The notes under the pieces were generated by a model, which saw nothing but the letters and a program-made list of their open reading frames with translations, was not told the DNA's origin and did no database searches. Of a DNA stretch of 36,864 bases, positions 1-9,408 are shown piece after piece (within the stretch, counting starts at the first letter, position 1; every line of letters starts with the position of its first letter). The stretch covers positions 1 through 36,864 of the forward strand of contig CAMDVX010000003.1 of NCBI GenBank assembly GCA_945877865.1, written 5' to 3'. This DNA comes from Bifidobacterium breve. Its GTDB lineage: Bacteria; Actinomycetota; Thermoleophilia; Gaiellales; F1-60-MAGs149. Made by a program: the position numbers and the translations under genes.

Positions 1-3000
1 GGCAGCGACCGCTCGCCGGCGACGTTGACTGCGATCGTCGTAAACCAGTACGTCGTCCCATCGACGAGGCCTGTGATCGTGCACGTCCCGCTCGCTCCGC
101 TGATCCCGCACGAGTGCACCCCATCGCTCGCCATGATGGTCAGCGAGGCGGCACCCGCGACGGGTGACGCAACAGTCACCGTGGCTGTCCCCGGGCTGAC
201 GACCGCCGTCGGGGCCACCGTCGGGCCGGCGAAGGTGTAGTTGATTGGCCACGTGCCGTAGGTCCCCGGCACGGTGCCCCAGCCGGTCGCCGAGCGCAGG
301 ACGTGAATGGTGGCGTTAGGCGCGGTGCCGTAGACGCTGCTACCGCTGCTTGATGGCGAATCGCCTCGAAAGTAGATATCGCGGAGGTTGGGAACGTCAA
401 GAAAGTAGATTCCCCGGTGATCACTTGTCGGCCGGGCGGTGGTGAGGCCGCTGCCGAAGCTGACCCAGGCGAGGTTCGGTATGCGGTGGAAGTGGTCGCC
501 GATGAAGGTGACGCTGTCAGGCAGCGCGACGCTGCGCAGCCGTGCCGCGTCGGAAAACGTGCCCCATCCCAGGCTCGCAATACCCTCTTCGACTACGACC
601 GTCAGCATCGTCGCTCCGCCGAAACCCGAGTTCTGAATCGCGCGCACCGTCAGCGGCGATCCTCCGGGCGGCGTTACGGTCGCCGGCACGACGACGTGGT
701 CGGGCAGGTCTGCGGTATAGCCATTGCTCGGTACGTACGCCACCGAACCCGGCGTGACGTACACGTACTTGATGCCGCCCTGCACGAGGGTATGGCCCGT
801 GATGGGATCCGACGCCGGCGACACCGGTGAATCGCCGCTCGAGTTGCGCCCAACCGCCGTAAACGTGTGCGCCACATCGTCCGCGAGCGCGTTCAGAAAG
901 CACGATCCCGACTGGCCGGTGATGGTGCAGGTAGCACCACCTGGACTAGCCGTGACTACCACCGACAGCGCATTGTGCACCGGCGTCGCGACCGTCACCT
1001 TGACGATCGCCGTCGTCCAGCCCTGATTGCACGCTTGGAGGTTCTCGGAATCTGCCAACGAGCACATCTCGACCGTCGGCTTGACCGGCGCCGTATCGGG
1101 CGTGGGGGTGATCGGCAGCGCAGCGGTCATCACATTCCCGCTCGTCGAGACAGCGACGAAGCGACCCTCCCCGAACGTGAGGCTCGACCACCCGCTTGAG
1201 TAATCCCTGCTGCTGTTGCCGCTGTCGCCAAGCTCCTCCTGCCAGGTAATGCCATCCCTGCTGGACGCCACCATGTCGTGCCAGTTGAGGACCCACTGGC
1301 CGATCTGCGTCCACACGCCGTTGCCATACTCCGACCCCCCCCACGGGAGCATCCACCGCATGGCCGGCGGAGAGCGTAGCGTCCAATTGACCCCATCGGG
1401 GCTCCACTTGATGATGCCGTTCTGAGCAGCCCAGAGGTAGTTCCCGTTGCCGTAGGAGATGTGCGAGCCCGAGTCGTACTGACCGAGATAGCTACTTGAC
1501 TGTATCGTCCAGACGATGCCGTCCGGGCTCGTCGCAACGTGTTGGTAGGCGACCGCTACGAAGAGGTTATCTCCGTACACCACGTCATTCCAGATGTCTA
1601 AGCTACCCGTATCGGCCCGCAGAGTCCACGAGGCTCCATCCGTGCTCGTCATGAAGCGCCCATTCCGCCCCACCACCACGAATCGCCCATTGCCGAACGT
1701 GAGATGTGAGCCCCAGTCGATCATGGTGCGGTTGCCTGACGACCACGTGTCGCCATGATCCGTCGTCACGGCCCAGTCGTCGCCGCTCATCACGACAAAC
1801 CGCCCGTTGCCATAGGCCACGTCGATCGAGCCGTCCCAGCTGAGTCGCCAGGCCGGCCCGGTCTTCGTCGTCCAGGTGACACCGTCCGGGCTGGTCATGA
1901 CGGCCCCGCTTGGGCCAATCGCCATGAAGATGCCATCCCCGTAGGTGACCGCTTTCCACCAGCTCAAGCTCGCCGGTGTCCGGACCGTCCAGCCCGCGTC
2001 GGTCCAGGCAAGCGGGATGCCACCGATCGTGCCCGGGACCACCCAACCGTCCGTGTACGTCGAGACGTGCGCAGTCGCAGCAGCGTGGCTGCCAGCGAAC
2101 GCGTCGGCTGCAGCCGTCGGCGCGCTGCCAAGCAGGCTCACGTTCGTCAGCGTCGGAATGCTTGCAAACGCCTGCGCACCAATCGTCGCGACATCCGCAG
2201 CCAGCGTCACTGCACCCGTTAGCCCCGTCGCGCCGCTAAATGCGTTCGCGCCAATCGTCGTGACGCCCGCCGGAATCGTCAGCGACCCCGTGAGACCCGT
2301 ATCGCCCGCGAACGCACCCGCACCGATGGCGGTGACCGCACAGCCCGCCGCGCACACCGTGCCCGCCACGGTCGCGCTCGTCGGCAGCGTCCAATCGTGC
2401 GCCACGACGCTGCTTGGCCCGGTCAGCGTAATCGTCTCCGGTCGCGTGCCATTGGCCGACCACGCCACGCCGCTGACAGGATCCGTGCCCGTCGTGGGGT
2501 TCGGCGTGACTGCCGACGAGGCGCTCGATGGCGCCGAATCCGTCGAGCCGTTGTTCGCCTTCGCCGTAAACGCGTACGACGCACCATTTACGAGACCGCT
2601 AATCGTGCAACGATCCGCCGTCGCGCTGATGGCGCACGTCGTCGTCGGATCACCATTGACGGCAATCTGCACCGAGTAGCCCGCGCTGACCGGCGCACCC
2701 ACGACGACCACCGCAGCCGCATTACGCGCAATTGCCGTCGGTGCAGACGGCACCGCAATTGGCCGCACCCCTGCCGAGGCAGGCGACGGCGACGAGGAAC
2801 CATCCGCATTCGACGCCACCACGACAAACCCGTACGCCTGATTGCCGAGCCCCGACACCGTGCAGCTCGTCGCCGGCACCGTCACCGTGCACGTGCGCCC
2901 CTCGGGGACTGACGTCACCACGTACGCGGTGGCAGGCGCGCCGCTCGACGCCGCGGTCACCGTCACAGCCGCCGACGCAGCGCCTGCCACCGCCGACGGC

Positions 3001-6000
3001 GCCACCACCGCATCGGGCGCCAACATGTCCGACGTCGCCACGACCGACGAGCCTGTTCCAACCGCCGCAAACACCCCGTTGCCATACGCCACGCCCATCC
3101 AGCTCACGCTGCCCGGCAGCGTCTCGCTCGACCACGTCACCCCATCTGCGCTCGTCATCGCCCGATTCGACGCAGGCCCATCCGACACCGCCACAAAGCG
3201 ACCGTTGCCATACGCCACGGATTCCCACTGCGAGGCGGCCGCCGCCGCCCGTGGGGACCACGCCACGCCATCCACGCTCGTCATCACCTGCCACTGCAGC
3301 GAGTCATACCCCACCGCCACATACACGCCCCCACCGTATGCCACGGACCGCCAATCGCTAAACACGCCTCGGCTCGACGACCAGGACACGCCGTCATCCG
3401 TGCTGACTGCCACCCGATGAGCACCACTCGTCGCAACCGCCACAAAGCGCCCGTCGCCGTACGTGACCGCGCGCCAGCTATCTCCCGCATCGCCGCCCAA
3501 CACCGCCCGCAAGGTCCAGCTCGCACCATCGGTGCTCGTCATCACCGCGCCCGCCAGCCCGACCGCCACGAACGTTCCGTGCCCAAACGCCACGCTGCGC
3601 CACGACGCCACCGGAGCCGTCTGACGCACCCAAGTCGCACCATCGCTGCTCGTCATCACCGCGCCCGCCTGCCCGACCGCCACAAACTGCCCCGCGCCAA
3701 ACGCAACCCGATACCACGCCGCCGCCGACCCCGGCACCGTTCGCGCCGTCCACGTCAACCCGTCGACGCTGCTCATCGCCCCACCATCAAGACCGACCGC
3801 CACAAAGACCCCACCGCCGAACGCGACATCAGACCAGGTATGCACTCCGGCTGCATGCGCAATCCAGCGGCTCGGCGTCACGCTCGCCGATGCGGCCGAT
3901 GCCGCCGACGCACCATCCGCATTCGACGCCACCGCCGTAAACGTGTAGGCCGTCCCGTTGGCCAGACCTGTCACTACACACGATCCTGCTGCACCCGACA
4001 CCACGCACGTCTGCGACCCGCTGCCGCTCGCGGTCACCAGATACGACACCGGCACGCCACCCGAGCCCGCTGCCATCGTCACCGTCGCCCGAGCATTCCC
4101 CGCGTAGACGACCGGCGTCACCGGCACGCCCGGCGGATACAGCGGCGTCACGCTGTTGGAGGCCACGGAAGCCGACGAGGTGCCCGCGCTGTTGGTCGCG
4201 GTCGCGGTAAACGTATGCGGCACAATCGACAGCCCCGACACCACGCAGCTACCCGACGCGCCCGTCACCGTGCACGTCGCCCCACCCGGGCTTTCCGTCA
4301 CCAAAAACGACGCTGCCACCCCACCCGAGCCCGACCCTGCAGCCACCGTCACCGTCGCGCTGCTACTGCCCCGCACCGCCACCGGCGCCGCCGGCACATC
4401 CGGCACCGGCAACGGCGTCGCTGCGCTCGACGCCAACGACGCCGACGTCGCACCCGCCAGATTCGACGCCACCGTCGTAAACGTATACGCCACACCATTC
4501 GTCAAGCCCGACACCTCACACATGCCCGAAGCACCCGACACCGAACACGTAACCGCGCCAGGCGACGACGTCACCACAAACCCCGTCGGCGGCCCACCCG
4601 ACCCCGACCCCGCACCCACCGACACCCGCACAGCCCCATCACGCGCCACCACACCCGACACCACCGGTCGATCCGGCACCACATCCGGCACCACGCTATT
4701 AGACGCCGGCGACGCCACCGAATCACCCACCGCACTGCGCGCCACCGCCGAGAACGTATACGACTGATACCCAAGCCCACTCACCACACAGCTCGTCGCC
4801 GGCACCGTAATCGTGCACACCGCACCGCCCGGACTCGCCGTCACCAGATACGACACCGCCTGCGGACCATCCACCGCCGGCACCACCGACACCACCGCCG
4901 ACGCCGTCGCCGCCACCGCCACCGGCGCCGCCACCGGAGTCGGCTCCACCGTATTCGACGTCATCACCACCGAACCACTCATACCACCCAGCTGCAACGC
5001 CACGAACGTGCCATGCCCATACGCCACCGCATGCCAATTCGCCGATAGGCCCATCGACCCCGTCGTCCACGTGATCCCATCAGCGCTCATCATGTAAGCG
5101 GCCCCAACCCCATACACCGCCACAAAATGCCCATTGCCAAACGCAATCGACTGCCCATTCTGACCACCCGACACCGCGCGCCTCGTCCACGTCACCCCAT
5201 CCGGACTCGTCAGCGCATCGTCGGCGTGATCATTCGTCACCACAAACAGCCCATTGCCATACGCCACCCCAGCAAACGTTGACGAAATCGGCGTCGCCCG
5301 CGCCGTCCACGACACACCATCCGTGCTCGTCATCACCTGATCAACCGCCGGCACGCTCGACCCCGTCTGCGCCACCGCCACAAACCGCCCATTGCCATAC
5401 GTCACCGCCTGCCACGGATTGCTCGCCGCAGCCACCCGCGCCGTCCACGTCACCCCATCCGGACTCGTCATCACCCGATTACCCGACCCACCCGCCGCCA
5501 CCGCCACAAACTGACCACCGCCATACGTCACCTCGGCCCAATACATCGACGCTGCCGACGAAGGCGACGACCGCGCAGTCCACGTCACACCATCCGGACT
5601 CGACGCCACCACCCCATTCGCACCCACCGCCACAAACACACCAGCACCAAACGCAACCGAGTAATAATCCCCACTCGCCAAACCACTCCGCACCGTCCAC
5701 GTCACCCCATCGTCATCACTCGACATCGCCCGCGGCTCACTGTTCTCATAAATCCTGACAGCCACAAACCGACCCACCCCCGACCCCACACCCGGCCCAT
5801 ACGCCACCCCAGCCCAACTCCCCGCCACACCCGTCCGCTGAATCCACTCCGCCGGCGTCACGCTATTTGACGCCACCGACGCCAACGACGAACCATCCGC
5901 ATTCGACGCCACCGCCGTAAACGTGTACGCCGTCCCATTCAAAAGCCCCGACACCACACACGAACCCGCCGCACCCGACACCACACACGTCTGCGACCCA

Positions 6001-6545
6001 CCACCACTCGCCGTCACCAGATACGACACCGGCACGCCACCCGACCCCGCCACCACCGTCACCGACGCACTCCGCGAACCCGCCACCGCCACCACCGACG
6101 CCGGCACACCCGGCGGCGACAACGGCAGATAGGTATACGCCCCTACCTCCGTCACAGCGGCGCCAGCCTGCGTCACGGTCACATCAACCAGCCCCGAGGC
6201 CGCGCCCGCCGGCGTCGTAAACGTCACCTGCGTCGCGGAATCCACCGAGACGCCCGTCGCTGCCACACCATCGACCGTGACCGTCACGGGTGCGGCAAAG
6301 CCCGTGCCCGCCATCCTCACCACGGTGCCACCCGCAACGCTCCCCGCTGACGGCGTCAGCGTGCTGATGGTTGGCGGCACCGGGCTCGCATCAGCGGTCG
6401 CCGCGATCAGCACGAGCACGAGCATCACGCAGACCGCAAGCAGCTCCGACAGGCCAAACGGCAGCCGCCGCCGCCAGCGGCCACCACGGCTCGGCTCAAG
6501 CGAGCCGCCACCGTCGACCCGATCGGCAGCTCCACCGGGCTCCAT
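1..6545 (-). CDS. Giant modular secreted/surface protein (>2180 aa, 3' end outside the window): signal/TM segment, IPT/TIG, multiple FN3 domains, three BNR/beta-propeller-like repeat blocks, two BspA-type LRR blocks
   Basis: The ORF track has no stop-terminated minus ORF in this frame, and all plus-strand shadow ORFs (25, 439, 724, 1216, 1945, 2842, 4156, 4813, 5923, 6277) share one register. Manual translation gives RWRRRLPFGLSELLAVCVMLVLVLIAATADA (signal-like), PTISTLTPSAGSVAGGTVVRMAGTGF (IPT), SGLLNGTAYTFTAVASNADGSS (FN3), SVAFGAGVFVAVG and SSDDGVTWT (propeller blades), LTIPAGVTTIGANAFSG and VALPDSVTFIG (LRR_5). The start codon is uncertain; ATG at 6545 was chosen. Confidence 0.88.
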   Translation of the reverse strand, partial: MEPGGAADRVDGGGSLEPSRGGRWRRRLPFGLSELLAVCVMLVLVLIAATADASPVPPTISTLTPSAGSVAGGTVVRMAGTGFAAPVTVTVDGVAATGVSVDSATQVTFTTPAGAASGLVDVTVTQAGAAVTEVGAYTYLPLSPPGVPASVVAVAGSRSASVTVVAGSGGVPVSYLVTASGGGSQTCVVSGAAGSCVVSGLLNGTAYTFTAVASNADGSSLASVASNSVTPAEWIQRTGVAGSWAGVAYGPGVGSGVGRFVAVRIYENSEPRAMSSDDDGVTWTVRSGLASGDYYSVAFGAGVFVAVGANGVVASSPDGVTWTARSSPSSAASMYWAEVTYGGGQFVAVAAGGSGNRVMTSPDGVTWTARVAAASNPWQAVTYGNGRFVAVAQTGSSVPAVDQVMTSTDGVSWTARATPISSTFAGVAYGNGLFVVTNDHADDALTSPDGVTWTRRAVSGGQNGQSIAFGNGHFVAVYGVGAAYMMSADGITWTTGSMGLSANWHAVAYGHGTFVALQLGGMSGSVVMTSNTVEPTPVAAPVAVAATASAVVSVVPAVDGPQAVSYLVTASPGGAVCTITVPATSCVVSGLGYQSYTFSAVARSAVGDSVASPASNSVVPDVVPDRPVVSGVVARDGAVRVSVGAGSGSGGPPTGFVVTSSPGAVTCSVSGASGMCEVSGLTNGVAYTFTTVASNLAGATSASLASSAATPLPVPDVPAAPVAVRGSSSATVTVAAGSGSGGVAASFLVTESPGGATCTVTGASGSCVVSGLSIVPHTFTATATNSAGTSSASVASNSVTPLYPPGVPVTPVVYAGNARATVTMAAGSGGVPVSYLVTASGSGSQTCVVSGAAGSCVVTGLANGTAYTFTAVASNADGASAASAASASVTPSRWIAHAAGVHTWSDVAFGGGVFVAVGLDGGAMSSVDGLTWTARTVPGSAAAWYRVAFGAGQFVAVGQAGAVMTSSDGATWVRQTAPVASWRSVAFGHGTFVAVGLAGAVMTSTDGASWTLRAVLGGDAGDSWRAVTYGDGRFVAVATSGAHRVAVSTDDGVSWSSSRGVFSDWRSVAYGGGVYVAVGYDSLQWQVMTSVDGVAWSPRAAAAASQWESVAYGNGRFVAVSDGPASNRAMTSADGVTWSSETLPGSVSWMGVAYGNGVFAAVGTGSSVVATSDMLAPDAVVAPSAVAGAASAAVTVTAASSGAPATAYVVTSVPEGRTCTVTVPATSCTVSGLGNQAYGFVVVASNADGSSSPSPASAGVRPIAVPSAPTAIARNAAAVVVVGAPVSAGYSVQIAVNGDPTTTCAISATADRCTISGLVNGASYAFTAKANNGSTDSAPSSASSAVTPNPTTGTDPVSGVAWSANGTRPETITLTGPSSVVAHDWTLPTSATVAGTVCAAGCAVTAIGAGAFAGDTGLTGSLTIPAGVTTIGANAFSGATGLTGAVTLAADVATIGAQAFASIPTLTNVSLLGSAPTAAADAFAGSHAAATAHVSTYTDGWVVPGTIGGIPLAWTDAGWTVRTPASLSWWKAVTYGDGIFMAIGPSGAVMTSPDGVTWTTKTGPAWRLSWDGSIDVAYGNGRFVVMSGDDWAVTTDHGDTWSSGNRTMIDWGSHLTFGNGRFVVVGRNGRFMTSTDGASWTLRADTGSLDIWNDVVYGDNLFVAVAYQHVATSPDGIVWTIQSSSYLGQYDSGSHISYGNGNYLWAAQNGIIKWSPDGVNWTLRSPPAMRWMLPWGGSEYGNGVWTQIGQWVLNWHDMVASSRDGITWQEELGDSGNSSRDYSSGWSSLTFGEGRFVAVSTSGNVMTAALPITPTPDTAPVKPTVEMCSLADSENLQACNQGWTTAIVKVTVATPVHNALSVVVTASPGGATCTITGQSGSCFLNALADDVAHTFTAVGRNSSGDSPVSPASDPITGHTLVQGGIKYVYVTPGSVAYVPSNGYTADLPDHVVVPATVTPPGGSPLTVRAIQNSGFGGATMLTVVVEEGIASLGWGTFSDAARLRSVALPDSVTFIGDHFHRIPNLAWVSFGSGLTTARPTSDHRGIYFLDVPNLRDIYFRGDSPSSSGSSVYGTAPNATIHVLRSATGWGTVPGTYGTWPINYTFAGPTVAPTAVVSPGTATVTVASPVAGAASLTIMASDGVHSCGISGASGTCTITGLVDGTTYWFTTIAVNVAGERSL
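3912..6044. repeat. Intragenic direct repeats from duplicated FN3 modules
   Basis: 36 bp at 3912-3947 is identical to 5892-5927, and 32 bp at 4033-4064 is identical to 6013-6044 (both offset 1980). 20 bp at 2863-2882 equals 4789-4808. A blade repeat at 3534-3555 equals 3648-3669 (offset 114 nt, 38 aa). Confidence 0.85.
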
Positions 6546-7250
6546 CACGCTGCCAGCCAGGTCAGTCAACCGCAAAATCCAGTGGCCCGGGCAGGTCCGT
6601 CGACTGCCCACCAGCCACGCCGGTCCGTCCTGCCATCCACGACCTTGATCCGTGGGGAGCGACTCAACCGGCGAGCATGGTGCGCGCTCCTGCAACCGCT
6701 CATGGCTTGCGATCGCTCGCTGCGAAGCGCCGCGTGCCACGCAAACCGCGCGCTGGCGGTGCGCAAGGCAACATAGTGTGAGAGCACGCGTTTCACAGGT
6801 GTCACTACGCTTCTGGCGGAGGAAATCCTGCCCACCCGACGGCGACGGCCGCCCTCATCAGCGAGCGAGCGCGGACGCTCACTGCGCGCACCCGCAAGGC
6901 CCGCGTGTGCAGGGCCATTTTGCGCGCGACACAGAGGCGAACGAGCGGACAGGAAGGCCATCCGCGACCCGCGAAGGGCCGCAACGGCCACAGGCGCGCG
7001 ACGCACGCAGATCCTGCCGCTCCTCCCGCCAAAACCTCTTGTCACAGCGATCTCCTCGCCGATGTCGTTCGGGCTGCCCCATCACCGAATGCGACAGCTC
7101 CCTAATAGCGGCGATCAACCGCGATGTTCACTCCCCCCAATGTAGCAGGATAAAAATCACAAGTGTGTGCAAGAAGTCAACCTGTCGCTAGACCACGCAC
7201 CCACGCACGAGTCCCGCTACCGCTCCACAGACCGAAACGCGCCCGCAGGC

Positions 7251-8054
7251 TCAGCCCTTCGGCGTGATCGGCGAATGCCGAAACATCCCCGGCGCCAGCG
7301 ACTCGCCGCCGTCAAGCACGAGCGTCTCGCCCGTCACGTACGACGCGTCGTCAGACAGCAGGAAGCGCGCCGAGCCGACGATGTCCGCGAGCGTGGCGAA
7401 CCGTCCGAGCGGAATCTCGCTCGTCATCGCATCGCGAATCGCGTCCGTGGGAAACAGGTTCGCCGAGGCCGCCTCCGTCTCGGTCGGGCCGGGAGCCAGG
7501 CAGTTGACGCGCAGACCAAGCGGCGCCCACTCCACGGCCAGGCTCTTCGTCAGGTTCCAGACGCCCGCCTTGGCCGCCGCCGAGTGCGCCGTACCGGGGT
7601 TTCCCGTCCACGCATACGTCGCGATGATGTTGAGAATCGAGCCGGTCGCAGCCGTCGCCTGCGGAAAGCCAAGCGCGAGCGCACGCGAGCAGTAGAACGT
7701 GCCGTTGAGGACGATGTCGATGACGGCCCTCCAGCCGTTTGGCGACAGGTCGACGGCGTTCGCGACGAAGTTGCCAGCCGCATTGTTGATTAGCGTGTCG
7801 GGCGCACCAAAGCGCTCCGTCACGCCGGCGAAGAAGGCCTCAACTTGGGCCGGATCGCGCACGTCGCACGTCAGCGCGACAGCCGTGCCACCCGCCGACT
7901 CGATCAACGCGACGGTCTCCTCCAGCGGCTCCACGCGGCGACCGCAGACAGCGACGCTCGCACCAAGCCCAGCCAGGTCGACGGCCATGGCGCGACCCAT
8001 GCCGCTCCCACCGCCCGTGATGGCAACTACTCGCCCCTCGATGCCTCGGCTCAT
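7251..8054 (-). CDS. SDR-family oxidoreductase, 2,4-dienoyl-CoA reductase-like
   Basis: TGGGSGMG Rossmann motif, INNAAGNF, LSPNGWRAVIDIVLNGTF and HSAAAKAG, typical of DECR-like SDRs. Confidence 0.9.
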   Translation of the reverse strand: MSRGIEGRVVAITGGGSGMGRAMAVDLAGLGASVAVCGRRVEPLEETVALIESAGGTAVALTCDVRDPAQVEAFFAGVTERFGAPDTLINNAAGNFVANAVDLSPNGWRAVIDIVLNGTFYCSRALALGFPQATAATGSILNIIATYAWTGNPGTAHSAAAKAGVWNLTKSLAVEWAPLGLRVNCLAPGPTETEAASANLFPTDAIRDAMTSEIPLGRFATLADIVGSARFLLSDDASYVTGETLVLDGGESLAPGMFRHSPITPKG

Positions 8055-8749
8055 CTCAGCTCCTCCACGTCGTCGCCCCCGGCCAGCGGCACGAGGTAGT
8101 GCTCCAGCACATCATCAGCGAAGGCCGCAGCCGGGCCCATCGCACCCTCCACCGCCTGACGAAAACGATCGGGCGAGCCGTCACGCGAGAGAATGCGGAT
8201 CGCGGCCCACAGCGACTGCGCAAGCTGCTCCAGCGGATCGCTGCCCTGTCCGGTCAGCCGAGCAGAGACCTGGCCCGCCTCCTCCTTGAGCAGCTCAAAG
8301 CGATCGCCCAGCAACGCTGCCGCATCCGCGAGCCGGTCAAGGTAGGTCGGATCCGCCACGCGCAGCCCGGTGACGAGCGGCTGCAGCGTCTCAACCGCCT
8401 GGTACGCGGCGTGCGTCGCCAGCTCGGCGCCAGCCTCGCCGAGCGACCCAGCCAGCCGCCACGCCTCCGCCAGCGCGGGCAGCGCCTCATCCACCGCCAA
8501 GGCGGCCGCCGACTCCTCCGCAGCCTCGCAGATGGCGGCGATTTCAACGACGCCGCGAATCCGCGCACGGTCGTCAAGCGGAGAGCCGGCAGCGTCGACG
8601 ACGACCCAGTCGAGCCCGTCGGAGCGTGGCACAGCACACACGAAGGACGCACCCAAGCCCGGCTGGTGCACCGGCACGATCGCCTGCGGCTGACGACCAA
8701 ATCGGCCCACAACCTGCGCTGCCGCCAGCTCGATGCCCGCCTCGTCCAC
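8051..8749 (-). CDS. Hypothetical protein, translationally coupled to the SDR
   Basis: Long ORF with good codon pattern and an ATGA overlap with the SDR start. Start moved to GTG 8749 because TACGCT (-10-like) lies 6 nt upstream and the longer ORF would overlap the divergent gene. Confidence 0.7.
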   Translation of the reverse strand: MDEAGIELAAAQVVGRFGRQPQAIVPVHQPGLGASFVCAVPRSDGLDWVVVDAAGSPLDDRARIRGVVEIAAICEAAEESAAALAVDEALPALAEAWRLAGSLGEAGAELATHAAYQAVETLQPLVTGLRVADPTYLDRLADAAALLGDRFELLKEEAGQVSARLTGQGSDPLEQLAQSLWAAIRILSRDGSPDRFRQAVEGAMGPAAAFADDVLEHYLVPLAGGDDVEELR

Positions 8750-8825
8750 GACGCGAGCGTAACCGCTTAGCGCGTTGTCCGCGCTGAGGGGAACCCCCGG
8801 GGACCGCTTGGGGTAGGATTGAGCC

Positions 8826-9029
8826 ATGGCACCGACCTCTGAACAGCCAACTGCCGTTGTAACCATCTCCGACGCCGTCGTGGAGTGGCGACGCGAGACG
8901 CTCGAGCGCGCCGGCCTCGATAACGAGCGCGCTCAACGGATCGCCGCCTCCGATGCGGATCTGCACGAGGCGGTCCGCCTCCTTGAGCAGGGCTGCGCTC
9001 CCGAGCTGCTCGAGCGCATCCTGCTCTAG
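8826..9029 (+). CDS. Small hypothetical protein (67 aa)
   Basis: Helical, protein-like sequence (WRRETLERAG...DLHEAVRLLEQGCAPELLERILL); TAGGAT lies 6 nt before the ATG. Confidence 0.7.
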   Translation: MAPTSEQPTAVVTISDAVVEWRRETLERAGLDNERAQRIAASDADLHEAVRLLEQGCAPELLERILL

Positions 9030-9074
9030 CCGAGCAGGACGCCGCCTCGCGGCGACGCCCGCGCTCAGCGCTAG

Positions 9075-9314
9075 GAGGTTGCCTTGGGCGAGCGCCGGGC
9101 CAAACCAGCGCGCCGGATTCATTGCGCCACCGGTCAGCGGGCCACCCATCAGGATGTCGAAGAAGATCACGAAGCCGTGCGCGGCTGCGACTCCGACCAG
9201 CGTCCCTCCGTTCGTCCAGTCGGCGGCCGTCATGATCGCGCCCGCGCCGATGAAGCTCAGCGCAAACGTGCCCGCGAGCTCTGCGAGCAGTCGTGCAAGT
9301 GCGTTCTCCACCAC
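9075..9314 (-). pseudogene. Internally deleted MIP/aquaporin remnant
   Basis: GGAGG then GTG. AELAGTFALSFIGAGA (MIP TM1) and LVGVAAAHG (TM2) are joined directly to DILMGGPLTGGAMNPARWFGPAL (second NPA loop). There is only one NPA, no final TM and no proper stop; the frame runs antisense through the neighbouring gene. Confidence 0.75.
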
Positions 9315-9408
9315 GCGCCTCCTCCCGGAATTGCCTCCGGCGTTGATGACCACGAGCCGCTCGCTGCCAGCCAGCCAGCTCCTGCCTGCTGCTACACCTC
9401 CGACTGCG

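Noticed and set aside
3480-5720. Regularly spaced repeats resembling a CRISPR array
   Set aside because: They are degenerate, in-frame coding repeats of about 38-42 codons (propeller blades), and no cas genes are present.
25-6648. Many plus-strand ORFs, including 3417-5048 (543 aa, Arg/His-rich) and 1945-2679
   Set aside because: They are antisense shadows of the giant minus-strand gene; their composition follows from its codon bias.
6738-6772. GCAAACCGC...GCGGTGCGCAAGGC, resembling part of a c-di-GMP-I riboswitch
   Set aside because: It is on the strand opposite the giant gene, has no downstream plus-strand gene, and lacks the GNRA loop and second stem.
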